A stretch of DNA of 64,000 nt from positions 3,936,001 to 4,000,000 of the forward strand of contig OZ245006.1 of the NCBI GenBank assembly GCA_965223545.1. Reading direction: 5' to 3'. Under the pieces are notes generated by a model. It saw only the letters and a program-made list of their open reading frames with translations, made no database searches and was not told the origin of the DNA. Numbering within the stretch: position 1 is the stretch's first letter; every line of letters begins with the position of its first letter. Source of the stretch: Planctomycetota bacterium. Its GTDB lineage: Bacteria; Planctomycetota; UBA1135; UBA2386. The translations under genes and the position numbers were made by a program. Shown one piece after another: positions 27,090 to 36,304 of the stretch.

Positions 27090-28796
27090 CTACCCGGCTT
27101 CTTGCGCCGTCCGCGCCCGGCGCTCGATCTCGCGGGCGCGGAGCTCGCGGCGCAGGATCTTCAGCACCGCACTCTTCGGCAGCTCGTCGAGAAACTCGAT
27201 CTCACGGGGCACCTTGTAGCGGGCCAGCTTCTCGCCGCAGTAGGCGCGCAGCTCGTCGACGGTGGCGTTCGCATTGGCGCGCAGGACGATGAACGACTTG
27301 ACGGTCTCGCCGCGGACGTCGTCCGGCACGCCGATCGTCGCGGTCTCCAGCACAGCCGGGTGCGCCATCAACACCTGGTCGACCTCGTCGGGGTACACCT
27401 TGAACCCCGAGCAGTTGATCATGTCCTTGGTGCGGCCGACGATGCGGAAGTAGCCATCCTCGTCCATCACCGCCAGATCGCCGGTGTGCAGCCAGCCGTC
27501 GCGCAGCGCTTTGGCGCTCTCCTCCGGCTGCTTCCAATAGCCGCGCATGACCTGCGGGCCGCGGATCACCAGCTCGCCCTCGGTGCCGACCGGCAGCTCG
27601 GTGCAGCCGTCCTCGGGATCGACGATGCGCACGTCGGTGTCCGGCACCGGAACGCCGACCGAGCCGATCTTGCGCGCCCCCTTCATCGGCGTGACGTGCG
27701 TCACCGGCGACGTCTCGGACATGCCGAACCCCTCGAGGATCCGCCCGCCCGTCAGCTGCTCGAACCGGTCGAGCACGTCCTTGGGCAACGGCGCGGAGCC
27801 GGAAAAGCACGCCTTGACGCTGGAAACATCGACCTTGTCGATGCCGGGGAAGTTGTTGATCGCGTTGAACATCGCCGGCACCGCCGGCAACAGGGTCACC
27901 TTGTGGCGCGCGATGTTGCGCACCATCACGTCGATGGCGCGCGGATCGGTCTGCAACACCATCGCCGCACCGCTCCAGATCGGCCAGTTCATGGCGTTGG
28001 TCATGCCGAACACGTGGAACAGCGGCAGCGCGGCGAGGATCACCTCCTTGCCGAGCTCACAGTCTTGAAACCAGGCGGCGACCTGCTGGGTGTTGTAGGC
28101 GAGGTTGCCGTGGGTCAGCATCGCGCCCTTGGACAAGCCGGTCGTGCCGCCGGTGTACTGCAGCACCGCCAGGTCCTCCATGCCGACTTCGACTTCGGGC
28201 ACGGCCGGCTCCGTGGCGCGCACCAGATCGCGAAACAGGTGCACCTCCTCCGACGGCTGCACCGACGCGATCGCCGGAGGGTTGCGCCGCTTCAGCGTGA
28301 ACGGCGCCAGCTGCCGCATCGGAAACCGCAGGTACTCGGGGATCGAGGCCAGCACGTAGTGCTGCACCGGCAGCCGTTGGCGGATGTCCGCGAGCTTCTG
28401 CTCGTAGATGAAGTCCATCACCAGAGCCACGTCCACCCCGGCGTCGGTCCACTGGTGCTCGATCTCGTACGCGGTGTAGATCGGGTTGGTCATCACCACG
28501 ACCCCACCGAGGCGCAGCACGGCGTGGTAGCCGATCACCAGCTGCGGCAGGTTCGGCATTTGGATCGCCACCCGCGTCCCCTTGGTCACGCCGAGCGCGG
28601 CCAGTGCGGTCGCCATCCGCGCCACCTCGTCCTCGAGCTGGCGGTAGGTCAGCTTCGCATTGAGACAGAGGATCGCGGTGCTGTCGGGAAACGCCTCAGC
28701 CGTGCGCCCAACCCACCGTGACAGCGGCACTGGATCGAACTCGAGGCTGCGCGGGACCCCCTCGTCGTACGAGCGGTGCCACACGCGTTCTTCCAT
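27090..28796 (-). CDS. Long-chain fatty acid-CoA ligase (FadD/LcfA-like)
   Basis: 'LQYTGGTTGLSKGAMLTH', 'EGFGMSETSP', 'GWLHTGD', 'LPKSAVLKILRR'. Confidence 0.95.
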   Translation of the reverse strand: MEERVWHRSYDEGVPRSLEFDPVPLSRWVGRTAEAFPDSTAILCLNAKLTYRQLEDEVARMATALAALGVTKGTRVAIQMPNLPQLVIGYHAVLRLGGVVVMTNPIYTAYEIEHQWTDAGVDVALVMDFIYEQKLADIRQRLPVQHYVLASIPEYLRFPMRQLAPFTLKRRNPPAIASVQPSEEVHLFRDLVRATEPAVPEVEVGMEDLAVLQYTGGTTGLSKGAMLTHGNLAYNTQQVAAWFQDCELGKEVILAALPLFHVFGMTNAMNWPIWSGAAMVLQTDPRAIDVMVRNIARHKVTLLPAVPAMFNAINNFPGIDKVDVSSVKACFSGSAPLPKDVLDRFEQLTGGRILEGFGMSETSPVTHVTPMKGARKIGSVGVPVPDTDVRIVDPEDGCTELPVGTEGELVIRGPQVMRGYWKQPEESAKALRDGWLHTGDLAVMDEDGYFRIVGRTKDMINCSGFKVYPDEVDQVLMAHPAVLETATIGVPDDVRGETVKSFIVLRANANATVDELRAYCGEKLARYKVPREIEFLDELPKSAVLKILRRELRAREIERRARTAQEAG

Positions 28797-28935
28797 GGTG
28801 TCTCTGTCGGACGCGGACCCGACCCGACCCAAGCGCGAATTCCCAGCTTCGGCCAGCGCCGGTCGGGCTGGTCACAAGGGGGCTTCTTGTCACTAGTTCC
28901 GGGCGGCGACGAGGTTGCGAATCCGCGCCGAGAGA

Positions 28936-30984
28936 TCAGAAACCGCCCTCGCGCAGCTCTTCCAACACGCGGCTGGCGTCGTAGATGACCGCAAGTGCCT
29001 GCTCGATCGCCTCGGTGTGTACGCAAACCGAACGCTGCACCCGGTCGCGGAACAAGAACTCGTTGCCGAGTGACTCGATGTTGCCGTCGAAGAGCAGGCC
29101 GACGAGCTGTCGGTCGGCGTTGATCACGGGACTTCCCGAATTGCCGCCGGTCGTGTCGTTGGTGCAAACGAAGTTGACGGACTTGGCCAGGTCCACGCGA
29201 TCCCGACGCTGCAACCACACCGGCGGAAGATCGAACGGGTGAGTGTCGTCGAACTCGGCGTTGCGGGCATAAAGGCCGTAGAAGACCGTGCGGTGGGGTG
29301 CCACCGTGCCGTTGTAGTCGTAGCCGGCGACAACGCCGTCCGAGAAGCGCAGGGTGAACGTGGCGTCGGGGCTGACCGCCGTTCCGTAGGCCGCGAACAG
29401 CGCCTGCCCGAGGCGGGCGCCGAGCGCCTTCTCCCGCGCCGAGAGCTCGGCTTCGCGCGCGGCACCCGCGTCGGCCAACGGCAACAGCGCGCCGGCGACC
29501 ACCAGCGCCGGGTCGGCGCTGTTGAACACCACGCGCGATCCCGACTCCGCCATCTTCTCCACCCACTCGAGCTCGCCGAGTCGGCTGGCGGTGGCGAGGT
29601 GCGCCGCCGCCTCCTCCGGCTGGTTTCCGCCGAGCACCGAGCGCAAGAACGGGTCGCTCGCCGGCAACCAGCGCGCGGCGCGACGCAGGTGGTCGGCGAA
29701 GGCCGCGGTCGCCACCGGGCTCATCTCGACCGGCATCCGCGCCGCCGTGCGCAGCGCGGCCTGATCGTCGGAATGGGCGGCACGGAGCAGCGCCAGCCCC
29801 TTGGCCAGATGCCGCGAGCCGCCCGGAGTGTGAAAGCGGATCGCCGCCTCGGCCGCGGCGCGCTCTCGCGCGACCTGCTCGAGACTGGACCACAGATCAC
29901 CGTAGCGCGCCCGCAGCGCGGGATCGGCCTCGATGCGCCGCCGGAACTCGCGTTCGGCACCCGCCTTGGCCGCCACGAACTCCGCATCGAGCAGGGTCTC
30001 GTGCATACCGCGGTAGGCCTTTTGCGAGTTCTCGAAGCGCAGGATCTGCGTGCGCAACTGCGCTTGCGCGTCGCTACCGGCCGCCGCGTGGGTGCGCAGC
30101 ACCTGCAGCTGGCCGTCGATCAGCTCGCGCACGATCGGATAACGCACGTCCGCCAAGAACCGCATCTGCGCCGCGGTCAGCTGCCGCTGCGTCGTCCCCG
30201 GATTGCCGGTGACGAACACCACCTCGCCGCGCTGCGCACCGACCTCGCTCCAGCGGAAGTGGGCGCCGGTGGTATCGGCCGGCGCACCGTCCTCGTACGC
30301 GCGGCACAGAGCGAAGTCGATGCTGAACCGGGGATAGGTGAAGTTGTCCGGGTCGCCGCCGAAGTGAGCCGTCTGCAGGTGCGGCGCACACACCAGACGA
30401 ACGTCGGTGTAGACCTTGTAGGAGTAGAGGTGGAACCGTGCGCCCTGGAAGAGCGTGACGACCTCGTGACTCCACTCCGGCCGCGCGGCCGCGGCTGCCG
30501 CCAACACCGCGGCTCGATTCTCGGCGCGCTGCCGCTCGGCCTCTTCGGCAGACGCGTCGCCGGCGACCCCCTCTGCCATCGCTTCGGTCACATCCTCGGT
30601 CGCCATCAGCTGCTGCACGGTCAGACCATCCAGCCGCACCTCGTCTTCCAACCCGCTGGCGACGAAGCCGTCCGCAACCCAATCGCGATCCCCTTGGTTG
30701 CGGGCGATGTCGCCGCGCACGCAGTGATGATTGGTGAGGATCAAGCCCTTGGCCGAGACGAACGAAGCCGAGCAGCCGGCACCGAAGCGCAGCGATGCCA
30801 GCCGCACGAGATCGAACCAATCCGCGCCCGGGGCGAAATCATGCGTCTCCTTCAGGTATTCGAGCGGCGGGTCCTCGAACAGCCACATCTTGCCCAGGCC
30901 GAGGTTGGCCTGCGCGCCGATCGGACCGGCGAGGGCGACGAGCGCCGACAGGATGAGCGGGACCCGGTGCAGTTGCCGCAGCAT
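28936..30984 (-). CDS. S46 family dipeptidyl peptidase (secreted)
   Basis: 'GKMW', 'CSASFVS..GL.LTNHHC', 'FGGDPDNF.YPR', 'PDATFTLR', 'DTTGGNSGSPV', 'GL.FDGN'. Confidence 0.96.
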   Translation of the reverse strand: MLRQLHRVPLILSALVALAGPIGAQANLGLGKMWLFEDPPLEYLKETHDFAPGADWFDLVRLASLRFGAGCSASFVSAKGLILTNHHCVRGDIARNQGDRDWVADGFVASGLEDEVRLDGLTVQQLMATEDVTEAMAEGVAGDASAEEAERQRAENRAAVLAAAAAARPEWSHEVVTLFQGARFHLYSYKVYTDVRLVCAPHLQTAHFGGDPDNFTYPRFSIDFALCRAYEDGAPADTTGAHFRWSEVGAQRGEVVFVTGNPGTTQRQLTAAQMRFLADVRYPIVRELIDGQLQVLRTHAAAGSDAQAQLRTQILRFENSQKAYRGMHETLLDAEFVAAKAGAEREFRRRIEADPALRARYGDLWSSLEQVARERAAAEAAIRFHTPGGSRHLAKGLALLRAAHSDDQAALRTAARMPVEMSPVATAAFADHLRRAARWLPASDPFLRSVLGGNQPEEAAAHLATASRLGELEWVEKMAESGSRVVFNSADPALVVAGALLPLADAGAAREAELSAREKALGARLGQALFAAYGTAVSPDATFTLRFSDGVVAGYDYNGTVAPHRTVFYGLYARNAEFDDTHPFDLPPVWLQRRDRVDLAKSVNFVCTNDTTGGNSGSPVINADRQLVGLLFDGNIESLGNEFLFRDRVQRSVCVHTEAIEQALAVIYDASRVLEELREGGF

Positions 30985-31078
30985 GCACCGCATCATGCGG
31001 CTCGCCGCGCCGAGCGACAACGCCGACAGTCGACACCTCGGTCGCGATCGTCGGTGCGGTCGGCGGTAGGATGCCGGC

Positions 31079-32353
31079 GTGTCCGGCCCAGGCCCCGCCC
31101 TTGTCCTCGCCTACCGCCGCACTGGCAAGTTCGCCTTCCACGCCCTGATCGGCGCCTTGGAACGCGACCCGGAGCTGGCGGCGACGCCGGTGATCTTTGC
31201 CACTTCGGACGCCGAGATGGCCGCGGCCATCGTCGGACAATCCGCCGCCGGGCACACCACCATCGGCTGCTGGTCGTTCTACTCGCCCGACTTCACGCGC
31301 GCGGCCGGCGGCTTGCAGGCAGTGCGCGCCCGCACCGAGGGCCACGCAGCCCTGCACCTCGCCGGCGGCGTGCACGCCACCGCCGAAGCCGAGCAAACCC
31401 TGCGCGCCGGCTTCGACTTGGTAGCACTCGGCGAGGGCGAAGTCGTCCTGCTCGAGCTGCTGCGCACGGTTCGTGCCGGCGCGGACCCGCGCGAGAGCGC
31501 CGGCATCGCCAGCTTGCGCGGCGGACAGCTGCGCCGCAATCCGCGCCCCCCGCCGATCGAGCTCGACGACTATCCACCGTTCGCCTTGGGTCACCGCCGC
31601 TTCGGCCCGATCGAGATCACCCGCGGCTGTGCGTACGCCTGCAAGTTCTGCCAGACGCCGTTCTTCTCCAAGGCGCGCTTTCGCAACCGCAGCGTGGAGA
31701 ACGTCTGCCATTGGGTCGCGGAGCTGCGCGACCGCGGCTTTCGCGACTACCGCTTTTTGACGCCGACCTCGCTGAGCTACGGCACCGCCACCGAGGAGCC
31801 CGACCTCGCAGCCGTCGACGCACTGCTGCAGGGCGTGCGCCAAACCGCGGGTCCACACGCCAAGATCTTCTACGGCACGTTCCCGTCCGAGGTGCGGCCG
31901 GAGCACGTCAGCGCCGAGGCGCTGGCGATCCTGCGCCGGTGGATCGACAACGACACCCTGATCCTGGGCGGACAATCGGGCTCCGATCGCGTCCTCGAGC
32001 GCTCCGGCCGCGGCCACCGCGTTGCCGACATCGAGCGCGCGGTGGCGCTGTGCATCGAAGCCGGCTTCGTGCCGCACATCGACTTCTTGTTCGGGTTGCC
32101 CGGCGAGGACCGCGAGGACGTCGAAGACACGTTGCGACTCGCCGAGCGCTTGTCGGCAGCCGGTGGCCGCATCCACGGACACACCTTCATGCCGCTGCCG
32201 GGAACGCCGCTACAGGATGCACCGCCGGGCCGCATCGACCCGCACACGCATCGCCGACTGCTGCGGCTCGCCTCGCGCGGCGACCTCTACGGACAATGGG
32301 AACGACAGATCGAAGTCGCGCGTTCGCTGGCCGACGGGCGCGCGAGGCGCTGA
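31079..32353 (+). CDS. B12-binding-domain radical SAM protein (TIGR04013-like)
   Basis: 'GGVHAT', 'GEGE', 'EITRGCAYACKFCQT' (CxxxCxxC), 'GTFPSEVRPE', 'HTFMPLPGTP'. Confidence 0.92.
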   Translation: MSGPGPALVLAYRRTGKFAFHALIGALERDPELAATPVIFATSDAEMAAAIVGQSAAGHTTIGCWSFYSPDFTRAAGGLQAVRARTEGHAALHLAGGVHATAEAEQTLRAGFDLVALGEGEVVLLELLRTVRAGADPRESAGIASLRGGQLRRNPRPPPIELDDYPPFALGHRRFGPIEITRGCAYACKFCQTPFFSKARFRNRSVENVCHWVAELRDRGFRDYRFLTPTSLSYGTATEEPDLAAVDALLQGVRQTAGPHAKIFYGTFPSEVRPEHVSAEALAILRRWIDNDTLILGGQSGSDRVLERSGRGHRVADIERAVALCIEAGFVPHIDFLFGLPGEDREDVEDTLRLAERLSAAGGRIHGHTFMPLPGTPLQDAPPGRIDPHTHRRLLRLASRGDLYGQWERQIEVARSLADGRARR

Positions 32354-32470
32354 CACCGGCGCGGCAGCTCCTCCCGACCATGCGTCCATCGCCGCACCCC
32401 ATGGTGGACATACCCGCGCCTTCGAGGGAGCGCGATCCTCGTGTTCCGCGCGGATCGGGTCAGATACGCC

Positions 32471-33433
32471 TCAGCCGCTGAACGCCTCGGCCAGCAGCAG
32501 CTCGCGCAGCATGCCCGCCAGCTCGGCGAGGTGGGTGCCCTGCTCGTCGACGTCCACCGCCGGGCGCGTGCGTTCGGCCATGATCGCGTAGACGACGGTG
32601 CGGCCATCGCGCTCGCACCAGCCGGAGAGCACCCGACATTGTGGATCGCTGTTCAGCGCACCGGTCTTTTGGAAATGCGCGCCCCAGTTCGGGTGTTGCT
32701 CCGACCACATCGCCGCGCGCACCGCGGCGGTGGTCGCCGCGTCGAGCCCGGGTACGTCGCCGCTGGCAAGGGCGCACAGCACCGCCGCCAGCGCGGCCGG
32801 CGTGGCGGTGTTGTCGCCGGTCACGTCGCGGGCCGCCAACATGTAGCGCCGCGCGCGCAGACCATCACCGGCGTAGCCGCGCGCGTGGATCGCCGCGGTC
32901 ATTCCCGCGGGCCCGCCCAAGACCGCGGTCGTCAGGTTGGCGGCCGCGTTGTAGACCGGGTTGGTGACGCGCACTCCGTCCGGCCCGCGGACGCTGCGCA
33001 CCATCGCCCAACCCACTTCCCGCACCGAGGCGGTGCCCAGCTGAGCACGCACGTCGGCGCGCACCGCCGCATCGAAGTGCGCGATTGCCGGATGGTCGGC
33101 ATCGGCCGCGATGTCCACGCCGCCGGGCAGCGGCGCGTCCAAGGCGTTCGCGTGGGCGGCGAACAGCTCGACCAGATACGCGGTCTTGATCGAGCTCGCA
33201 CAGGCGAGGGGCACGTCTGCCGCCAGCGCGCAGTGCGGCGTCCCGTCCGGCGCGCCGACCCACAAGCCGACGCGGACATCGGCCACGCTGCCCGCCATGC
33301 GCACGACCGGCGCCGACGGCGGCGGCGCTGGCGGCGCGCTGCAGCCCGCCGCCAACGTCAGCGCGGCGGACAGGGCGAGCGCGGTGGAGAGCGACGGTGC
33401 AGGGACGCGCCGGCGGTTCCGCGGAGTGAGCAT
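32471..33433 (-). CDS. Serine hydrolase lipoprotein, class A beta-lactamase-like fold
   Basis: Lipobox 'LAAGC'; SxxK 'ASSIK'; 'NTATP'; 'KTG'. Confidence 0.8.
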   Translation of the reverse strand: MLTPRNRRRVPAPSLSTALALSAALTLAAGCSAPPAPPPSAPVVRMAGSVADVRVGLWVGAPDGTPHCALAADVPLACASSIKTAYLVELFAAHANALDAPLPGGVDIAADADHPAIAHFDAAVRADVRAQLGTASVREVGWAMVRSVRGPDGVRVTNPVYNAAANLTTAVLGGPAGMTAAIHARGYAGDGLRARRYMLAARDVTGDNTATPAALAAVLCALASGDVPGLDAATTAAVRAAMWSEQHPNWGAHFQKTGALNSDPQCRVLSGWCERDGRTVVYAIMAERTRPAVDVDEQGTHLAELAGMLRELLLAEAFSG

Positions 33434-33453
33434 CGACGCCGATGCTAACCGCG

Positions 33454-34485
33454 CTACGGGTCGCCGTGCGCCTCGGTCAACGCCACCAGCACCAGCCGGT
33501 CGCCGGTGTAGGGCCGGCGGCCGTGGGACAGCCGCATGTTGTCGAACAAGTGCACGTCGCCCTGCTGCCAGGGCCAGCACAGCTCCTCGGCGGCGTAGGC
33601 GGCGTTGATCTCGGCGATCGCCGCGGGGTCGATCGGGCTGCCGTCGCCGAAGTAGGTCGCGAACGGCAGGCCGGCCTCACCGAACTCGTCGAGGAGCGCG
33701 TCGCGCACCGCCGGGGCGCGCGATGAGATGTGGTAGAACGCGGCGTGGTTGAACCACAGCGGCTCGCCAGTCCGCGGGTGGTGGCGCACGGCGGGCCGCG
33801 TTTGGCAGGTGCGCAGGCGGCCGTCGGCCTTCCACTCGACCTCGATTCGATTCGCCGCGCAGAACCGCTCGACCTCGGCGCGGTCCTCGGTCTGGAACAC
33901 TTCCTGCCACGGCAGACCGAAGCCGTCGTTGTAGTTGCGCACCAGCTGCCACTGTCGGCGGGCGAACTCGGCGCGGACCGCGGGATCGATGCGCTCGTGC
34001 ACTCCGTGCACGTCGGCGATCGGCGTCTCCCCGCCGGTCGCCGCGGGAACCATGCAGGCCATGAAGGCCTTCAGCGACCACTGGCGCCAATAGCTGCCCT
34101 CGTTGTGCTGCGGCATGTGCTGGTCGGCGGGGAACACGGTCGTGCAGTACAGATTGGAGCCGTAGCTCTTGCGCGGCGTGGTCCGGTCCAGATACGGCAG
34201 TCGTGGTCCCTCCGAGACCGCGTCGACGAACGCGCCGAAGCTGCCGGGCCCGTCGCCACTGGCGACGGTGAAGCCGCGAAACAACAGCGAGCGGTGGCGC
34301 TCGAACAGGTGTTGGACGAGGTCGCTGTGCTGCGCTCCCCACTGCGCCAGATCGAGCCCGTCCACTCGGGGGCGCACGACCACGGGATAGGGCTGACCGG
34401 GCAGCAGCGGGGCGACCTCGATCAAGTCATCGGTGGCGAGGCGGACGGCGCGGCGACGGCCGGCGGGCGGAGGGGCGTGGGGCAT
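33454..34485 (-). CDS. TauD/TfdA-family Fe(II)/2OG dioxygenase, SyrP-like
   Basis: 'LLFRGF', 'HNEGSY', 'GGETPIAD', 'HPRTGEPLWFNH', 'W..GD..LFDNM..SHGRRPY.G.R'. Confidence 0.93.
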   Translation of the reverse strand: MPHAPPPAGRRRAVRLATDDLIEVAPLLPGQPYPVVVRPRVDGLDLAQWGAQHSDLVQHLFERHRSLLFRGFTVASGDGPGSFGAFVDAVSEGPRLPYLDRTTPRKSYGSNLYCTTVFPADQHMPQHNEGSYWRQWSLKAFMACMVPAATGGETPIADVHGVHERIDPAVRAEFARRQWQLVRNYNDGFGLPWQEVFQTEDRAEVERFCAANRIEVEWKADGRLRTCQTRPAVRHHPRTGEPLWFNHAAFYHISSRAPAVRDALLDEFGEAGLPFATYFGDGSPIDPAAIAEINAAYAAEELCWPWQQGDVHLFDNMRLSHGRRPYTGDRLVLVALTEAHGDP

Positions 34486-34546
34486 GGCGTGGCGAAAGAA
34501 GGGCTCCGAGGTCGCCGAACCCTATCGAGCGCCGCTTACGCTCGAC

Positions 34547-36145
34547 TTACGCGCCGGGGACGTCGAGCAGACCGGCGATCCGCCGCGTCGCCGCCATGGG
34601 CGAGATCCCCAGGGCGCACTGCAGCGCGTCGCAGCACGCCTGATACTGGTCGAGCGCCTCGGCACGGCGACCCTGGTCGGCCAACGCTTGGATCAAGCTC
34701 TGATGCAAGTCCTCGCGCAGTGGATCGATCGCGACGCCGCGGCGCAGTGTGGTGATCGCGCATTCAGGCTCACCAAGCCGCAGAGCGGCGTCGCTCAGCA
34801 GCGCGACGATCTCCAACGCGCGCCGGCGCTGATTGACACGCTCGGCCGCCAGCCAATCGCCCTCCTCGCCGGCGAAGAGATCGCCGCGGTACAGCTCCAG
34901 TGCCCGCTGCCAATGATCCACGGCTGCCCGAAGCTGACCCGCCCGGACCGCGCCGTTGGCCGCCGCGGCACGCTCGGCGGCGGCCTGCAGATCGGTCCAG
35001 ATCGGAGCATCGACGCGCAGGGCGTAGCCGTCTGCGGAGCCGTCGATGAACTCGCGCACCCCCGACTCCGTTCCCGCCAGACCCTGCCGGAGCGCGTGCA
35101 CGACGCCGTGCAGCCGGTTGGCCCCGGGCGCGCCCTCGACCTCGGGCCAGAGTCGTTCGACCAGCGTGCTGCGCGGCAATGGAGTGCCCCGGGCCAAGAC
35201 CAACATCTGCAACAACGAGCGCGCCTTGCGCCGGCGGAAGGCGGAGTCCGCCATCGGCACGCCGTCGACCGCGACCTCGAACTCACCGAGACAGCGCGCT
35301 TCCAAGCCGCCCCGCGGTTGCGCCGCCACGCGCGCGGAGCGCACGGAGGACGCCGTCCCGGTCAGCGCCTCGACCACCGGCAGATCGCGGCCCGTCGTCG
35401 CCGGCACGGCATCGCCGTAATCCAAGACCAACCGGGCACCAGGCGACGGCAGCGGGATGCAGCACGGCGACCGCACGCCAACGGCCATCCGGCGGCACGC
35501 GGCGGGCCAGTCGCGACGCGGGCCGCACAGCTGCTGCACGGTGCCGGTCTCGACAGCAGGGCACTGCGCCGCGGCGGCTCCCCCACGACACGCAGCGGCG
35601 ACCCCGCCCTCGGCGACGACGTCGTCGGCCGCGATCCAGGTGACCGACGCGGCGCCGGTGGCGGCCGCAACGCTCTTCAGCAAGACGCGCGTTTCGTCGC
35701 GCGCACTTTGCTCTTCGGCCATCGCCCGCTGCAGCTCTGCTTCGAGCTCTTCGAGCCGGCTGCGTAGCGCGGCGCTGATCATCCGCGCCGCGACACCGAG
35801 CAAACGCGGTGGACGCGCGGGGCTCGGTTGCTCGCCCGTCCACGCGACCACGACCTCGCCGATCGCGGTGTTGGAACCGCCGAGCGGCTGCCGCGCCACC
35901 CCGCGCGCGCTCGGCGCGTGATCGTCCGACAGAGGGGCCGCTTTGGCGGGCACGCGGAACACGGTGACTGCCGACGGCACTGCGTCGCTCGACGGCCGTG
36001 CCCGCAACCGCAGCTCGACCACCGTCGCGCCCAGCGCGCGCCGCAGTAGCTTGGCCGCGCGCTCCAGTCCCTGCATCGGCGGGCCGTCGTCGAGGGCGTC
36101 GACGATGGCGCCGATCCAAGCCTGTTCGCGGCGAGAGGCAGCCAT
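34547..36145 (-). CDS. SARP/BTAD-domain transcriptional activator with N-terminal GAF-like region
   Basis: 'LG.FEV..DG', 'KARSLL..L', 'LWPE', 'LYRGDLF', 'DPLREDLHQ.LI..L...GRRAEAL.QY', 'LGISP'. Confidence 0.9.
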   Translation of the reverse strand: MAASRREQAWIGAIVDALDDGPPMQGLERAAKLLRRALGATVVELRLRARPSSDAVPSAVTVFRVPAKAAPLSDDHAPSARGVARQPLGGSNTAIGEVVVAWTGEQPSPARPPRLLGVAARMISAALRSRLEELEAELQRAMAEEQSARDETRVLLKSVAAATGAASVTWIAADDVVAEGGVAAACRGGAAAAQCPAVETGTVQQLCGPRRDWPAACRRMAVGVRSPCCIPLPSPGARLVLDYGDAVPATTGRDLPVVEALTGTASSVRSARVAAQPRGGLEARCLGEFEVAVDGVPMADSAFRRRKARSLLQMLVLARGTPLPRSTLVERLWPEVEGAPGANRLHGVVHALRQGLAGTESGVREFIDGSADGYALRVDAPIWTDLQAAAERAAAANGAVRAGQLRAAVDHWQRALELYRGDLFAGEEGDWLAAERVNQRRRALEIVALLSDAALRLGEPECAITTLRRGVAIDPLREDLHQSLIQALADQGRRAEALDQYQACCDALQCALGISPMAATRRIAGLLDVPGA

Positions 36146-36304
36146 TCGCAAGGAGTCTAGCTGGTCTTCGCCGATCCGGCAGGGCCCTTCGATCCCCCGC
36201 GCAGTCTCCAGTGCACGTGAGGGTAGCCCAGCGATCTGATCGCGGTAAGCGCCGGGTAAGCGCGCGCGGATACAGATCTCTCACCAACAACGCGCAAACA
36301 CGCC

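Noticed and set aside
28871..28893. Imperfect inverted repeat gtcacaag-N7-cttgtcac upstream of the acyl-CoA ligase
   Set aside because: Short and imperfect, a single copy, with no cognate regulator adjacent.
29239..32481. 1080-aa plus-strand ORF, and similar long ORFs at 18215-19603, 22172-24199, 24399-26453, 27102-28721, 41693-43324, 48639-51164 and 60511-62805
   Set aside because: These are shadow ORFs antisense or out of frame to well-supported genes, with Arg/Ala/Pro-rich composition typical of high-GC DNA.
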